Shown here: positions 49,186-61,123 of the stretch, one piece after another
Position numbering within the stretch: position 1 is the first letter of the stretch
Layout of the letters: every line of letters starts with the position of its first letter
Assembly (NCBI RefSeq): GCF_032191835.1
Contig: NC_083243.1
Span: 143,220,001 to 143,284,000, forward strand
Reading direction: 5' to 3'
Source of the DNA: Heteronotia binoei
Taxonomy: Eukaryota
Length of the DNA: 64,000 nucleotides
Made by a program: the position numbers and the translations under genes
Notes under the pieces: generated by a model
Database searches by the model: none
The model's input: the letters and a program-made list of their open reading frames with translations, nothing else
What the model was told of the DNA's origin: nothing

Positions 49186-50844
49186 TCCTAGTAATGTCCA
49201 TAATCATGAAATGTCCTTAAGATTTCTCTTTCGTTGTTCTTTGTTTGGTCATTGTATTGATTTAAATAAGCTAAATTCTTTATAAATGAACACTTGTGTA
49301 TGAGCCAGTTTACATGCATTTATATATTTAATGTCCATTTTTCTGTGTTGCGAAGGATACATTAAGAATTTACTGGTATTTTATTTTTTCCATTGCTTTT
49401 CTGAGATGGCTTGCGCTGAAATTGCCCTTCATTTTAGGAACTGTAACACTAATCTGAATAATTACTTTAGGGCCTGTTGTTTAATTTTTATTTTTTCAGA
49501 TTTATATTCCGCCCTCCCATGACGGGCTCAGGGCAGCTAACATCCACACTAAGAAGTAATCCTTTATGCAAGTGTGTGTGGGCCTGCTTGCATGAATAGG
49601 AATGACTAGAATTGCAGTTTGAAACTTCAGTCACATCTGTTTCCCCCTAGTGGTAAACTTTAACCACTTCTAGTGTTTACATGTTGCTTAAATCACTACT
49701 TGTTGCTGTGTTCTAGCAAAGGCTGTTCTGATTATTAGCTTTTCACATATTTCAAAAGAAATAAACCTTCTAGTCAGCTCTAAATAACTGAAAGGTCTCC
49801 TTTAAAATCCATGTCCATGGTCAGTTTTTTACATTTGTTTAGCATTGTGTGATATATTTGGTTAAAACTATTTTGTGGTATTAAGAGTCTGGCTTCTTTT
49901 AGCAGCAGCACAATTTTAAAGATGGAGATTTAAAGCAAACAGATGGTGCTTGATTCCCTTCTACAGTATGTTTTCCTGTAACAGGAATATCTACATTGAT
50001 TTGTATATCTATTTCTTAAATGTTGGCAGATCTGCAGATACCTAAATCTGTGCATTGGGCCCACAACGAGAGAAAGATTTTTCTCCACTTGGGAGACCCC
50101 TGCCTCAGGTTTGCAGAAAAATCTTGAAAACTTACAGAAATTAGATTGGGGGCATTAATTCCTCCCCCAGTGAAGCTGTCAGTGCTTGTGCAGAACCTCT
50201 GCTTCTCCCATCCCTCAGCAGCTCCTGGGGAAGCTGTGGGGTGGGGGAGGGAGGAGAGAAGCTGGTTAGGGAGGCACACAGGGCTGAGAGACAACTGCAA
50301 CTGGGAGCTGAGTTAGGCCAAGCAGTGGTGACAGACCCCAGAAGCTGTAACAGGCTTGGCTGTAGCAATGGACCCTGGAAGTTGTACTGACTTCCACCAC
50401 AGCAGCTGCAGACTCCACAAGGTCAGTAGGCCCAGCCATAGTGACGGACTTCATACTTTTAAAGGTCTGTGTGCAGTGTGGGAAAAATGGCTTGAAATCT
50501 TGTTTTGTGGTGCAAGAATCTAGTAATAATTATTTCCAGGGCTTTTTTTGAGCAGGAATGCAGTTCTGGCTGGCTTGGTGTCAAGAGGATGTGGCCTAAT
50601 ATGCAAATGAGTTCCTTATTTCTAGTTACAATTATTTCCAGAGGTGGTTGCTGTTAACATTTATGACTGCCTAATATGTATGGATCATCATTCTCATGAA
50701 AGTCTGGTAGACTGCATTAAGCCTGCTCATTCCAGAACCACATTTGCAGAGGTTATTGAATTCAAGTGGTACTGAGTTAAAATATGGCAGAGATATTTCT
50801 GTTCTTCCCCATATGATTTGGCTTGCCAAGGTGAAGATTTAGAC

Positions 50845-51310
50845 CAGAGGTGTCAAATTTGTTTGTTATGAAGGCCAGATCTGACATAAAAATAACTGTT
50901 GGGCTAGGCCAACTCTACTGTAAAATTTAATACCAAGTACTGGAGATATAAAACACAGGCAAACCCAATTTATGATATTATTTTATCATCAAAATACAAA
51001 CAAAATTGATTGATTCTTTTAATTTAGCTGCAATTAATTTAGCAATTAATTTAGCTGGGAATCCACAAAAGTGCTAATAAATGCATTTAATCATATGCAA
51101 TACTAGATTTTTTCCAAGGAATGCCATATCCACCCTTTAGCCATTTTCTTTCATTTCTTGAGTTTGGCCACACATACCTCACTGTGTGTGCCCACATGTG
51201 CCCCCCCCCCCCAGTCTCCTGCCTTTCCTCTCTTGCATCACTTGCTCATGGGCCAGGTAAGAGCCCTGGACAGGCTAGTTCTGGTCCCAGCGACATGTTT
51301 GACACCCCTG
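50845..51310. mobile_element. hAT MITE (CAGRGGTGTC termini)
   Basis: Perfect TSD ATTTAGAC at 50837-50844 and 51311-51318. Confidence 0.85.
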
Positions 51311-51835
51311 ATTTAGACAGCAGATTGTACTGACAAACACCATGAGAGCTCATGTTATCTACCTGCTGCAATTTGACTTCAAAGGATACAGTAACATGAA
51401 AGTTTTTTAGATTTCCCGATGATGTGTCTTGGGAATTAGTATTTTTGTCAAGTGCCTCTTAGCACTAGGCATTTTAAACAAAATAAATTGGTTTTTTTCC
51501 ATGCAAGGGTGATTTTTGGATCCAGTTAAAGAAGCTTATCACTCCATTTTATATGTAAGTAAGACAGGAAATTAAATCTGCAAACTGTTTCATGACAAGT
51601 CATGCTAAACATCCTGTATGTGTCCTGAGTTGATACAGAGAAATGAGAATTTTAAAATTATGGTGTGTATGTATATGCACATGCATAAGCAGTTGTATAG
51701 CAGTAACATGAAAACTTGTAAATATTTGTAAAGTGAATGTGGATGTAAACTTTCTATTGTGAATAGCTTTTTAAATCTAATAAATGCACCTAGTGGTGTA
51801 AGTAATGTGTGCCTTGTAAAGTATATCCTGTAGCT

Positions 51836-52358
51836 CAGGGGTCCCCAACCCCCAGGCAGCTGACTGGTACCGGTCCGCAGCCTGTTAGCAACCGGGCCAC
51901 GAAGCCTGGCTGTCCCATGACGCTTTGCAGCCTCGCTGCCCCACCTCCCTTGCGGTGCCTCCTCCACCCTCCGTTTCTATAATTTTAAGGCCGGGGTTGG
52001 GGCGGTGAAGCGCCGCCTTTCCCAGCTCTTTAAGAGCAGACCCCCTGGAGACAAGGGCAGCGCTGCTTCTTCAGCAGGTTGCTCGCTGCGGTTTCCCCCA
52101 CCGATTGGCAGTGGTGTCAGCCCTTTAAAAGCTGGGGAAGGCAGCGCTTCACCGCCCCTTCTCTGGCCTTAAAATTGTAAAAATGGAGGGTGGAGGAGGC
52201 ACCACGAAGAGAGACAGGATGGCGAGGCTGCATGATCACAGGGGGCGGGAGGCTGCATGGTGCCAAATTTGGTGCCCTCACCCTGCTGGCCCTGGGGCCA
52301 TGGTGAGCGGGCTGGCCCTGGTGCCGGTCCCCGGTGCCACAAATGTTGGGGACCACTG
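51836..52358. mobile_element. hAT-Charlie non-autonomous element with MER1/Charlie3-like ends
   Basis: Starts caggggtccccaacccccaggc..ggtaccggtccgcagcctgttag and ends ccggtccccggtgccacaaatgttggggaccactg; perfect TSD CTGTAGCT; internal ~75-bp inverted repeat. MER1 similarity is from memory. Confidence 0.8.
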
Positions 52359-52884
52359 CTGTAGCTCACCTTGCAAATTATTTAGGGGGTCATGCCAGTG
52401 TTTGACTCATCATGTCATGTCTCCCCTCCCCTCACAACACATTGCAGCTATGCCTTTTTTTTTGTGGGATTAAAGATGTTTCCCTTTGAGGCTGCAAGAG
52501 AAAAGTAATACTTCTGAGCAAGTGAGACAAAATAGATGTTAACATGTAGGTGTTTGCTTATTGGTTGTTGACACACAGGATAATTGCAAAGCTGCTCTAG
52601 CTTTAAAGGATGTATATGAAATGCCAATGGAAACTTGTGAATGGTTTAAAACACCATGTACTTGTGTAAAATGGCCACGTTACAGTGTTGGAAAATTAGA
52701 TCATGATGTTGTGTTTTAAAACTAACTTCTAAAAATCTTCAGACTGTTGTATTGCTGCTGTTCAGAGCAGAAGAAATTTGCATCTAAAAGTTTATTTTAG
52801 CACTAGTGAAATATTTCAAAAATTAATGATAAAGACTGTTAATAGCTACAGGCCTTCCAATGTATATTGTTATTATAATTGTGC

Positions 52885-52890
52885 AATAAA
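52885..52890 (+). terminator. Candidate RNF141 distal poly(A) signal
   Basis: AATAAA at the end of a long AT-rich, UTR-like tract downstream of the stop; no transcript evidence. Confidence 0.35.
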
Positions 52891-54699
52891 CACATGGAGT
52901 TCTATCCTTCCTTGTTGATTCTTGTAACAAGAACCAAGATTCAGCTCTAGCTACAGGAGCTTCAGTGCCTATACAGGAAACTGTTCCACTAATTTTAATA
53001 AAACCAGTGTGTAGCAAACAAGTCTTAAATTATAATCCAGTTAATTTTTACAGTTGTATATGGATTAAAATTTACCAAATTACCCACAAATTAAATGGGA
53101 TTGCCTGAGCCTGTGATGATGTAAAACCCAATAAGCTTTGGTGCCCAAATAACCAGACAGCTCACCTTAGGATATTTCCTGTTTGTGCTGAGATCCTTTG
53201 TGTATCTTGTTGCTTAGAAAATACATGCTATTTTGTTACTGAGAGGGAATATGAACCATGTTCTTCCTGTTCCTGCTCTAACATCTTAATTTTCTGTATG
53301 CTTAGAATTTTCTGTTATCCTATCTAAACTTCATGGTAATCATCTGAACAATATTTTCCTTTGGAACCTAAAATTATAACATCATTGGAACTGTGTTATA
53401 TTGTCTAGTCTTGTTTAAAAGCATTTCAGATGTGGATTTTAGCAGGAACAGCTGTCCATTATAGGTATACAAAGGAAATCAAGGCAGTATATTTCTGAAG
53501 ACATTTTAATGTGCTTTATGTATCATTCCTGATTGTATAGTATGGATTTTACATGCAATATATTTTCAATATTTTGTCAGGAAGAAATGCATACATATTC
53601 AACATCTTTCATTTCTAAATAAGGAGACAAGCTTTGTATTTTGCTTTTGAAATAACATTTTAGTCAGAAAAAGAATTAGCCTAAGGAGTATCAGAGAGCC
53701 AGTGTATATTGTCTTCAAAAGTAGGAAATATTAAAACATCATACAAATAAGTGAACTTTTTCTATTACATATTAGCAATCTGTCTACAGCCTCAGAATAA
53801 TCCAGCTGGATAAAGATCTCACTCTCTTCTCTCCCACCCAACCAATAAAAGTAGCTTTTTAATGGTTGTCCATAGAACATGCTATGCCTCTGAAGTAGCT
53901 ACTGTTGCTGCCTCTTAACATAACCACAGGAATACTTCTTTAACATTATTCATCAAATCACAGAAATCAAAATTAATGTTTAGCCATTAGGGGGCATGTT
54001 TGTTTTAAGTGATCACATAAAAGTAATCAAGCAGGAAGTATACATTTTTAGGATACAGTATACTGACCCCTCAAAACAGTAAACTGCTATGGAGTTGCTA
54101 AGGTCTGTTGGTGTCATTATACTTTACCACATGTTCAAAATAAAAATTTCTCTTAGATTCTGGAAAAGGTACAGTAAGCAGATGTTAACTAGGCACTAGA
54201 AATTTCTCTGTAGTAACAGCTACAGTGACAGGTTTATTTACCTAATATGTTGGGTGTACGCTTGTGGGCTGCTACAGAGGAACTTCTGATAAGCTTGTGG
54301 AAGAGAAAAATCCTTTTGAATACAAAATGTGTGAAAAGGCCCTTTCTACGGGTTCATAAGGACAGAATATAGTTAATCCTGAGAACTTCAGTCTAAATAG
54401 CACAAGAAATCAAATGATTACATTTCATAATAAAACAGTTACAATATATTTCCCATTTAAAACCCATATAACTGGGATAAAGTGCACAATTCCTGAACAT
54501 GTTTATATGTACCATATGATAGGGAACTAAGATACTGAGCTGGATTTATCTGCATATGCTAATTTTATAATATCATATTTCTAATAACTTAAAAGCAAAT
54601 CCATTTCAAACAAAAACAAATACGACTCAAAATTCCTTATAACTATGGATTTTTGCAATAATGTTAAACTAGTTTGACATCAACACATGCCTTTTCCAT

Positions 54700-55955
54700 A
54701 CTCACAATGGAGGAAAGTAGGCAGCGGGGTCCCATAAGAATTGGTATTGGAGCTGGTGCTATTTAATTTGTTCATAAATGATCTAGAATGGGAAGGAGGG
54801 TGACAACTGTAGCCATCACATTTGAGATTACAGAAAATTATTCAGGATGGTGAAAACCAAGGCCAATGGTGAAGAACTCCAGGAAGATCTCCACAAATGG
54901 TGAGTGAGGTACAATATGGTGAATGAAGTTCAGTGCAGGTAAATGAAAGCATGATGTACACTGGAACAAAAAAATTGCAACTTCAAGTATATGCTAATAT
55001 GGTCTGAACTGAGGGAGGTAACTCAATGAAAATGTCAACCTAGTGTGCTGCATCAGTGAAAAAGAAACCTCTGTGCTGGGGATTATAAGGAAAGGGATGG
55101 AAAATAAAAACCAATACTATTCTCCCCACCCCAAATAGATCTCTGGTATGAAATCATTTGGAATACTGTGTGCAGTTCTGGTCATCATATCTATAAAGGG
55201 CATTGCAGAATTGAAGAAGGATGGCAACCAAAGGAGGTTGAAGCACTTTTCTTACAAGGAAAGGCTGAAGGGTCCGGAACTTTTTCAGTTTGTTTGTTTA
55301 TTTATTTATTTATTTATTTTATGACTTCTATCCCCGCCCTTCCCAACAAGTGGCTCAGGGCGGCTTACAACACAGGAATCTAACATAAATAGGCGTTAAA
55401 CATAGAGCATTTAAATTTAAACATTAAACCATTTAAAACATTGAACCATTTAAAACATTGGGGGCAGCAGACATCCAGAAAAGAGATGACTAATTGGAAT
55501 TATAAGAGGTTTATAAAATTATGCACAGGGTAGGAAGAGTGGATAGAACTTTTTCTCCCTTTCCAACAATTCTAGATCTTTGGACAACCAATGAAACTGG
55601 CAGTTGATTTAGGAGGGAAAATAGAAATACTTCTTTACTCAATTAAAATGTATAAGCTGTTACTCAATGATGTAGTGATGGTCACAGGCACAGATGGCTT
55701 TTGAAGAGGATTAGACATTGGAGGATAGGCCTATCAGTAGCTACATAGCTGCTACTAGTCATGGTGACTAAAGGGAACCTCCATTCAGAGGTAGTAAAAA
55801 CCTCTGAATAGCAAACCAGGAGGCAACATAAGGTGACCTGAACCTCTATGTCCTGTTGATGGACAGCCAGAGTTACTGGTTGGCCACTGTGAGAAAGGCT
55901 GCTGGACTATTTGGACCACTGGTCTGACCTGGCAGGGGTTGTCTTATGTTCTTAA
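54700..55955 (+). mobile_element. Old degenerate CR1 LINE
   Basis: Eroded RT motifs (tttaatttgttcataaatgatcta; catttggaatactgtgtgcagttctgg) and tail gtcttatgttctta; interrupted by an L2-tail piece at about 55290-55460. Confidence 0.75.
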
Positions 55956-55994
55956 CAAAAGAATATTACTGCTTGTGCAGAGTGATTAATGAAT

Positions 55995-56767
55995 AAGAAT
56001 CCCAGCTACAAATACAAGTTGATGGGGTGTGAACTGGCAGAGACTGACCCCAAGAGAGAGATCTTGGGGTCGTGGTAGATAACTCACTGAAAATGTCAAG
56101 ACAGTGTGCGTTTGCAATAAAAAAGGCCAATGCCATGCTGGGAATTATTAGGAAGGGAATTGAAAACAAATCAGCCAGTATCATAATGCCCCTGTATAAA
56201 TCGATGGTGCGGTCTCATTTGGAGTACTGTGTGCAGTTCTGGTCGCCGCACCTCAAAAAGGATATTATAGCATTGGAGAAAGTCCAGAGAAGGGCAACTA
56301 GAATGATTAAAGGGCTGGAGCACTTTCCCTATGAAGAAAGGTTGAAACGCTTGGGACTCTTTAGCTTGGAGAAACGTCGACTGCGGTGTGACATGATAGA
56401 GGTTTACAAGATAATGCATGGGATGGAGAAAGTAGAGAAAGAAGTACTTTTCTCCCTTTCTCACAATACAAGAACTCGTGGGCATTCGATGAAATTGCTG
56501 AGCAGACAGCTTAAAACGGATAAAAGGAAGTACTTCTTCACCCAAAGGGTGATTAACATGTGGAATTCACTGCCACAGGAGGTGGTGGCGGCCACAAGTA
56601 TAGCCACCTTCAAGAGGGGTTTAGATAAAAATATGGAGCACAGGTCCATCAGTGGCTATTAGCCACAGTGTATGTGTGTATATAAAATTTTTTGCCACTG
56701 TGTGACACAGAGTGTTGGACTGGATGGGCCGTTGGCCTGATCCAACATGGCTTCTCTTATGTTCTTA
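55995..56767 (+). mobile_element. Young 5'-truncated CR1 LINE, near-identical to 17842-18503
   Basis: Open ORF 56072-56662 differs from the 17866 ORF at 3 of 175 shared residues; same 3' UTR and tail. Confidence 0.95.
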
Positions 56768-57912
56768 CACCAAACTGGCTCTCTCAGCACAGATGTCTTC
56801 AATCGGTACGCCCCTGGAGAAAGCCAAGGACGTAAATGTCCTGTTGAAGCTGCTCTTGGGATTGAGCCACAATGAGCCAGTTGTCTAAGTACGGGTATAT
56901 GGAAATTTTCCGTTGACGTAGTGACGCTGCCACCACCGCCATACACTTGGTGAAGACCCTTGGTGCTGTTGATAGGCCGAGGGGAAGAGCCCGGAACTGA
57001 TAGTGATTGTTCCCAACAGCGAACCTTGGGAATATTCTGTGGCAATGAGTGATGGTAAGAAGGAAATAGGCATCTTAGAGGTCTATGAGTGCCATCCAAG
57101 TGTTTCTGGGAATTAGAGGGAGAACAGACTGCAGGGTGATCATGCGGAATTTTTTGTATCGGATGTGATGGTTGAGTTCGCGAAGGTCCAGTATTGGACG
57201 TTGCCCTCCATCCTTCTTTGGGACCAGAAAGTATTGGGAGTAAAACCCTGTGTGATGGTATTGAGGTGGTACTGGTTCTATGGCTTCCTTGGCCAGCAAG
57301 GTAGCGATCTCTTCCTGAAGAGGTAGAGAAGGAGGGGTAGGTATGAAGCGATGGTGCTTCGGGGGCAAAGCAAACTCTATGGTGTAACCCCTGTGGATGA
57401 TCGCCAGGACCCATGAATCCGTTGTTATTGATTCCCACATGAGGTAAAAGGGAAGCAGCCTTGTTGTACGGGAATGAAGATGATGTATCGGTGGTGGTGG
57501 CGGTGGCATCAGCAAGTCAAAGAGACTGTTTCGTGGCCATAGCCGCTTTTTTGGTCGACTGTGGTCGTGGATGCTGATGGAATGGTTGCTTTGCCGGAGG
57601 AGCTTTTCGTTTCCAATAATCAGCTTGCCTGGGGGAAAAGGGACGCTTGCAGAAGGGTGTTTTCCATCCTCTTTGCCTGTTAGTTTGAGGTTGTTGCTGG
57701 TTAACCCCTAATCTCTTGGCTCTCTTTCTGATGTCATCAGTGGTTGAGTTAAATAAACCTTGGCCATCAAAAGGCAAATCTTCTATCTTAAACTTTATAT
57801 CAGGTTGAAGTGATGATGAACGAAGCCAAGCATGTCTGCGTAAGGCAATGGAAGTAGCCATGGTTCTTGAAGAACAAGCCACCGCATGCCGTACTGAGTT
57901 GATTTGTTGCTT

Positions 57913-59196
57913 TGTTACACCTCAAACAACTTTTTATTGGGGAATATTAATATTTCTTAGCTCAAAATGGTAGGCCTACGAGAGGTGAGGTGTATAGGAT
58001 CTATGTCTTTGTCTACGGAGATAGACCACTGAAAATCCTTTGGTTAATAATGGATTTTATTATAGCATAGGGTTTCAAATAGTTACATCTCAATCAAACA
58101 ATTTCAAGCATACAAGAGGAATTACAAAAGAGGTTAGCTGAATAAGCAGGATGGGGGAAGGTGATACAATACCTAGATCTTTGCAGGGCAGGCTCAGTCA
58201 GAGGAAATGCAAGGCTTCTGAAGGGAGATTTCTCTTGAGAGGAAGGGGGGTGAGGGTAGGAAGGGGTGGAGGAAGGAGAGGGTGAAGGGATTCCCTTTTT
58301 CCTTCCTTTTTCTTCTTCTGCAACCAGCTTTCCTGAACCCTACGCTGCGCTCTTCCCTTTCTTCCCACGCTTCCCTAACCTGACAGGTTGGGTTGTCTGT
58401 TTTCTAGGGTAAATTACGTCACATCACTCAATTCCACTACCCAATGAGGGGACAGAGTGTCACACCAATGGAAAATCAGGGTGTCATATGTGTAATATCC
58501 AATCAGACCATTCGTATCATAGATCCATACCCCAACATAGGCATTTTAATTAACACTGGCCAAATGACTTTATGGCCTTGTTTTTCCCAAAACTGGTTCC
58601 TTTGAAGCTCCCCAAAAGTGATAGATTTCTCTCTTAGTGTCAACCATGGGTGGCCATCCATCAAGTGGTCAGGGGACTGAATGACTTTGATGGCCTTAGC
58701 AATTAATTAAAGAAAAATAGAAACTTCGTTAAGAGTCAAAATTGTGAGATCAGTTTACGTTATACCACACATCCTGAGGAGTAACAGACACAAGCCATTT
58801 ATTTTTGTTGGAGGTTTCCTGGGTCATTCTTATTTCCTAATGCTTTGATAACAGGACTTTTAAAGGTTGCCAAAAGAGTGGAGGAATTTTTATGGCACTG
58901 CCCACACCACCTCTCTGTGCCTGAAACTTTTTTTTCATTCCCAGGAGCAGAAAGATGGACGCTTCTCAACCTTTCAGCTGGCATCATGTTGTTCTGGCTT
59001 GTGAACCAGAATCACATTACAGACCTGCTTTGGGGTTAAGAAGGAACTGGATTTGTCTCCCTTATGTGCAAGAAAGACCATTCCAATTCAAATGGGCATT
59101 GCTGTATCCAATTAATATTCTAGGGTTACATTGCAATATCACATTCCAGGGGTGCATGGCTTGGGAATAAGTACAGGGGTGTCTTCCTGGGTATCA
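57913..59196 (-). mobile_element. Solo LTR (Ty3/Gypsy or class I ERV) inserted in DIRS gag
   Basis: Minus strand TGATACC...GTGTAACA; 4-bp TSD GCTT at 57909-57912 and 59197-59200; AATAAA 20 nt before the 3' end; CCAAT and TTACGTCA motifs inside. Confidence 0.85.
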
Positions 59197-61072
59197 GCTT
59201 ACTCACACGGTTAAGTTCTTGTAGTATCTTTGAAGCTTGCTTTTGTGAGGTTTCAGGTAAGGATGGAACTAGTGCATGCAATTGGGATGATAAATTGAAA
59301 GAATAGGCAGCAAAATAGGCTAAATAATTATGAATTTTGGATGTAGCGGTGGAAAGGGAGTAGAGCTTTCTGCCCAATGTATCCAACCTCTTTCCTTCTT
59401 TCTCTGGCGGAACAGGGTGACGTGTCTGCTTTGACTTTAAAGAAGAATGGACAATCATCGAATTTGGAGCAGGGTGACTAAACAAAAATTTCGAATGTGG
59501 TGCATGTATTTTGTATAAGGATTCAATACGTTTGGACGTTGGTGGAACTGATGCCAGCTTATCCCAAGCTTCTTTCAATGCTTCTAAATGGACAGGTAAC
59601 ATGGGTAAGAAGGATCCTGCAGGCAAGTCAGCATGGACCAGGTCATGGACCACGTCCAATACCCTCGGCAAGTCTGTGGTTAGTTTTATGTTGAGTGTGT
59701 TTGCCATGTTCGTGAGTAGATCCAGATAAGCCTTGGATCCCTCAGATGGAGATAGGTCAACTGGTTTTGTAATGTCAGATGCCGGTGATGTTGGAGACTG
59801 AATGTGATGACTCAAGAGTTTTCGGCTGAATGTGATGACTCAAGAGTTTTCGGCTTCGGAGTCCTCTTGGACTTCTACTGGTCAAGGGTCTGTCAAGTGC
59901 CGGTGTTGTTACAGTTAGAGGTTTTGTCACCATGGTAGCTTGGTCTGAATGCATGGTATGTTTGGATGTCGAGGGAGCCAGCGATGTCTGCTTCAGTTCC
60001 TGTCGGTGTCGATAGTGGGCTTCTTCCTGGTACCGGTGATGAGGGTCTCCAACGTGTTTGTAACGATGAGCTTCTTGATGGCAAGGTTGATAAGATTCCT
60101 CACGGTACCGAGGTTGGTCACGGTACCTATGTCGGTATTCAATGGATGGAGATCTAGAAGGCCTGTAATAGTAATGCCGGTATGGAGATGGCGACCGAGA
60201 TCTGGACTGGCTGTAATAGTATCGATCTCTACGTCAACTCGGAGACCTTTCTCGGTACCGACGGGCCGGAGATTCCCGATGGAGTGCGGAGACAGCAGAA
60301 TCCTTAAATGCTCTTGGCGCCAACACCTCACGGAATGAATGCACCTCGAGAAGATTGGCTCTTTGTTGGATTCGAGGTGATGGTTCCATAGACTCCGTGG
60401 GTAAGATGTCTTCAGGCAGAGACTCGTGAATGGATGGTGACCGGGATCGAATCCGTATAATCTCATCAGCAATCACATCAGTGGGCATCGAAAGTTCTGG
60501 TGGAACAATCGGTGCCGTAGATTTAGGTACCGAGGTTTTCGATACCGAGGTTGTAGTCATGGTGTCAGAAGCTCTAGGATCCAGCTGGGTCCTCAAAGTC
60601 GACTTCGATGTTTTCGACTCCTGCTGTCACTTTCACGACGGTTCCAAGTGATGCTTTTTCTTGGAGTCGTCTGACTTTTAGTATGCTTGCCGGACTTAAG
60701 CTTACTGGGAGCCGATGCCACTGAAGCTGCCGGTTTCGCCATGTCCCTTTGCGGGGTCAGGGAAGGCGGCGAACTTTGGGACCCAGAAGAGTGGGACATC
60801 ACAGGCTGCAATGAAGATTCTAAAAGGTGACTCTTCAGCCTCGTGGCGCGGTTTTTTCTTGCCTGTTTCCCAAACTGGCTGCAATGGATACAGGCGTCTG
60901 TTCTGTGGGCCTCCCCCAAACAAAACAAGCACTGAGAATGACCGTCTGTCGAGGGGATTTTTGACCCGCAGCGAGTACACTTTTTAAAAGTGGTTTTTGG
61001 ATCCTTTCCTTCCATAGACCCGGGGGGGGGGGGGTAGAGGGAAAGAAGGTGAGGCGACAGTAAAGTGGGTTT

Positions 61073-61073
<1 letters not shown>

Positions 61074-61122
<49 letters not shown>
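61074..61122. repeat. Compound (TA)n(CA)n microsatellite
   Basis: Directly visible within the DIRS 5' leader. Shorter (GT)n/(CA)n runs at about 12574, 31330 and 37929. Confidence 0.95.

Positions 61123-61123
<1 letters not shown>

Noticed and set aside
56659-57438. 259-aa minus-strand ORF, the longest in the window
   Set aside because: It is an alternative frame over the DIRS RT with no recombinase or host-gene motifs visible, so it is not called a separate gene.
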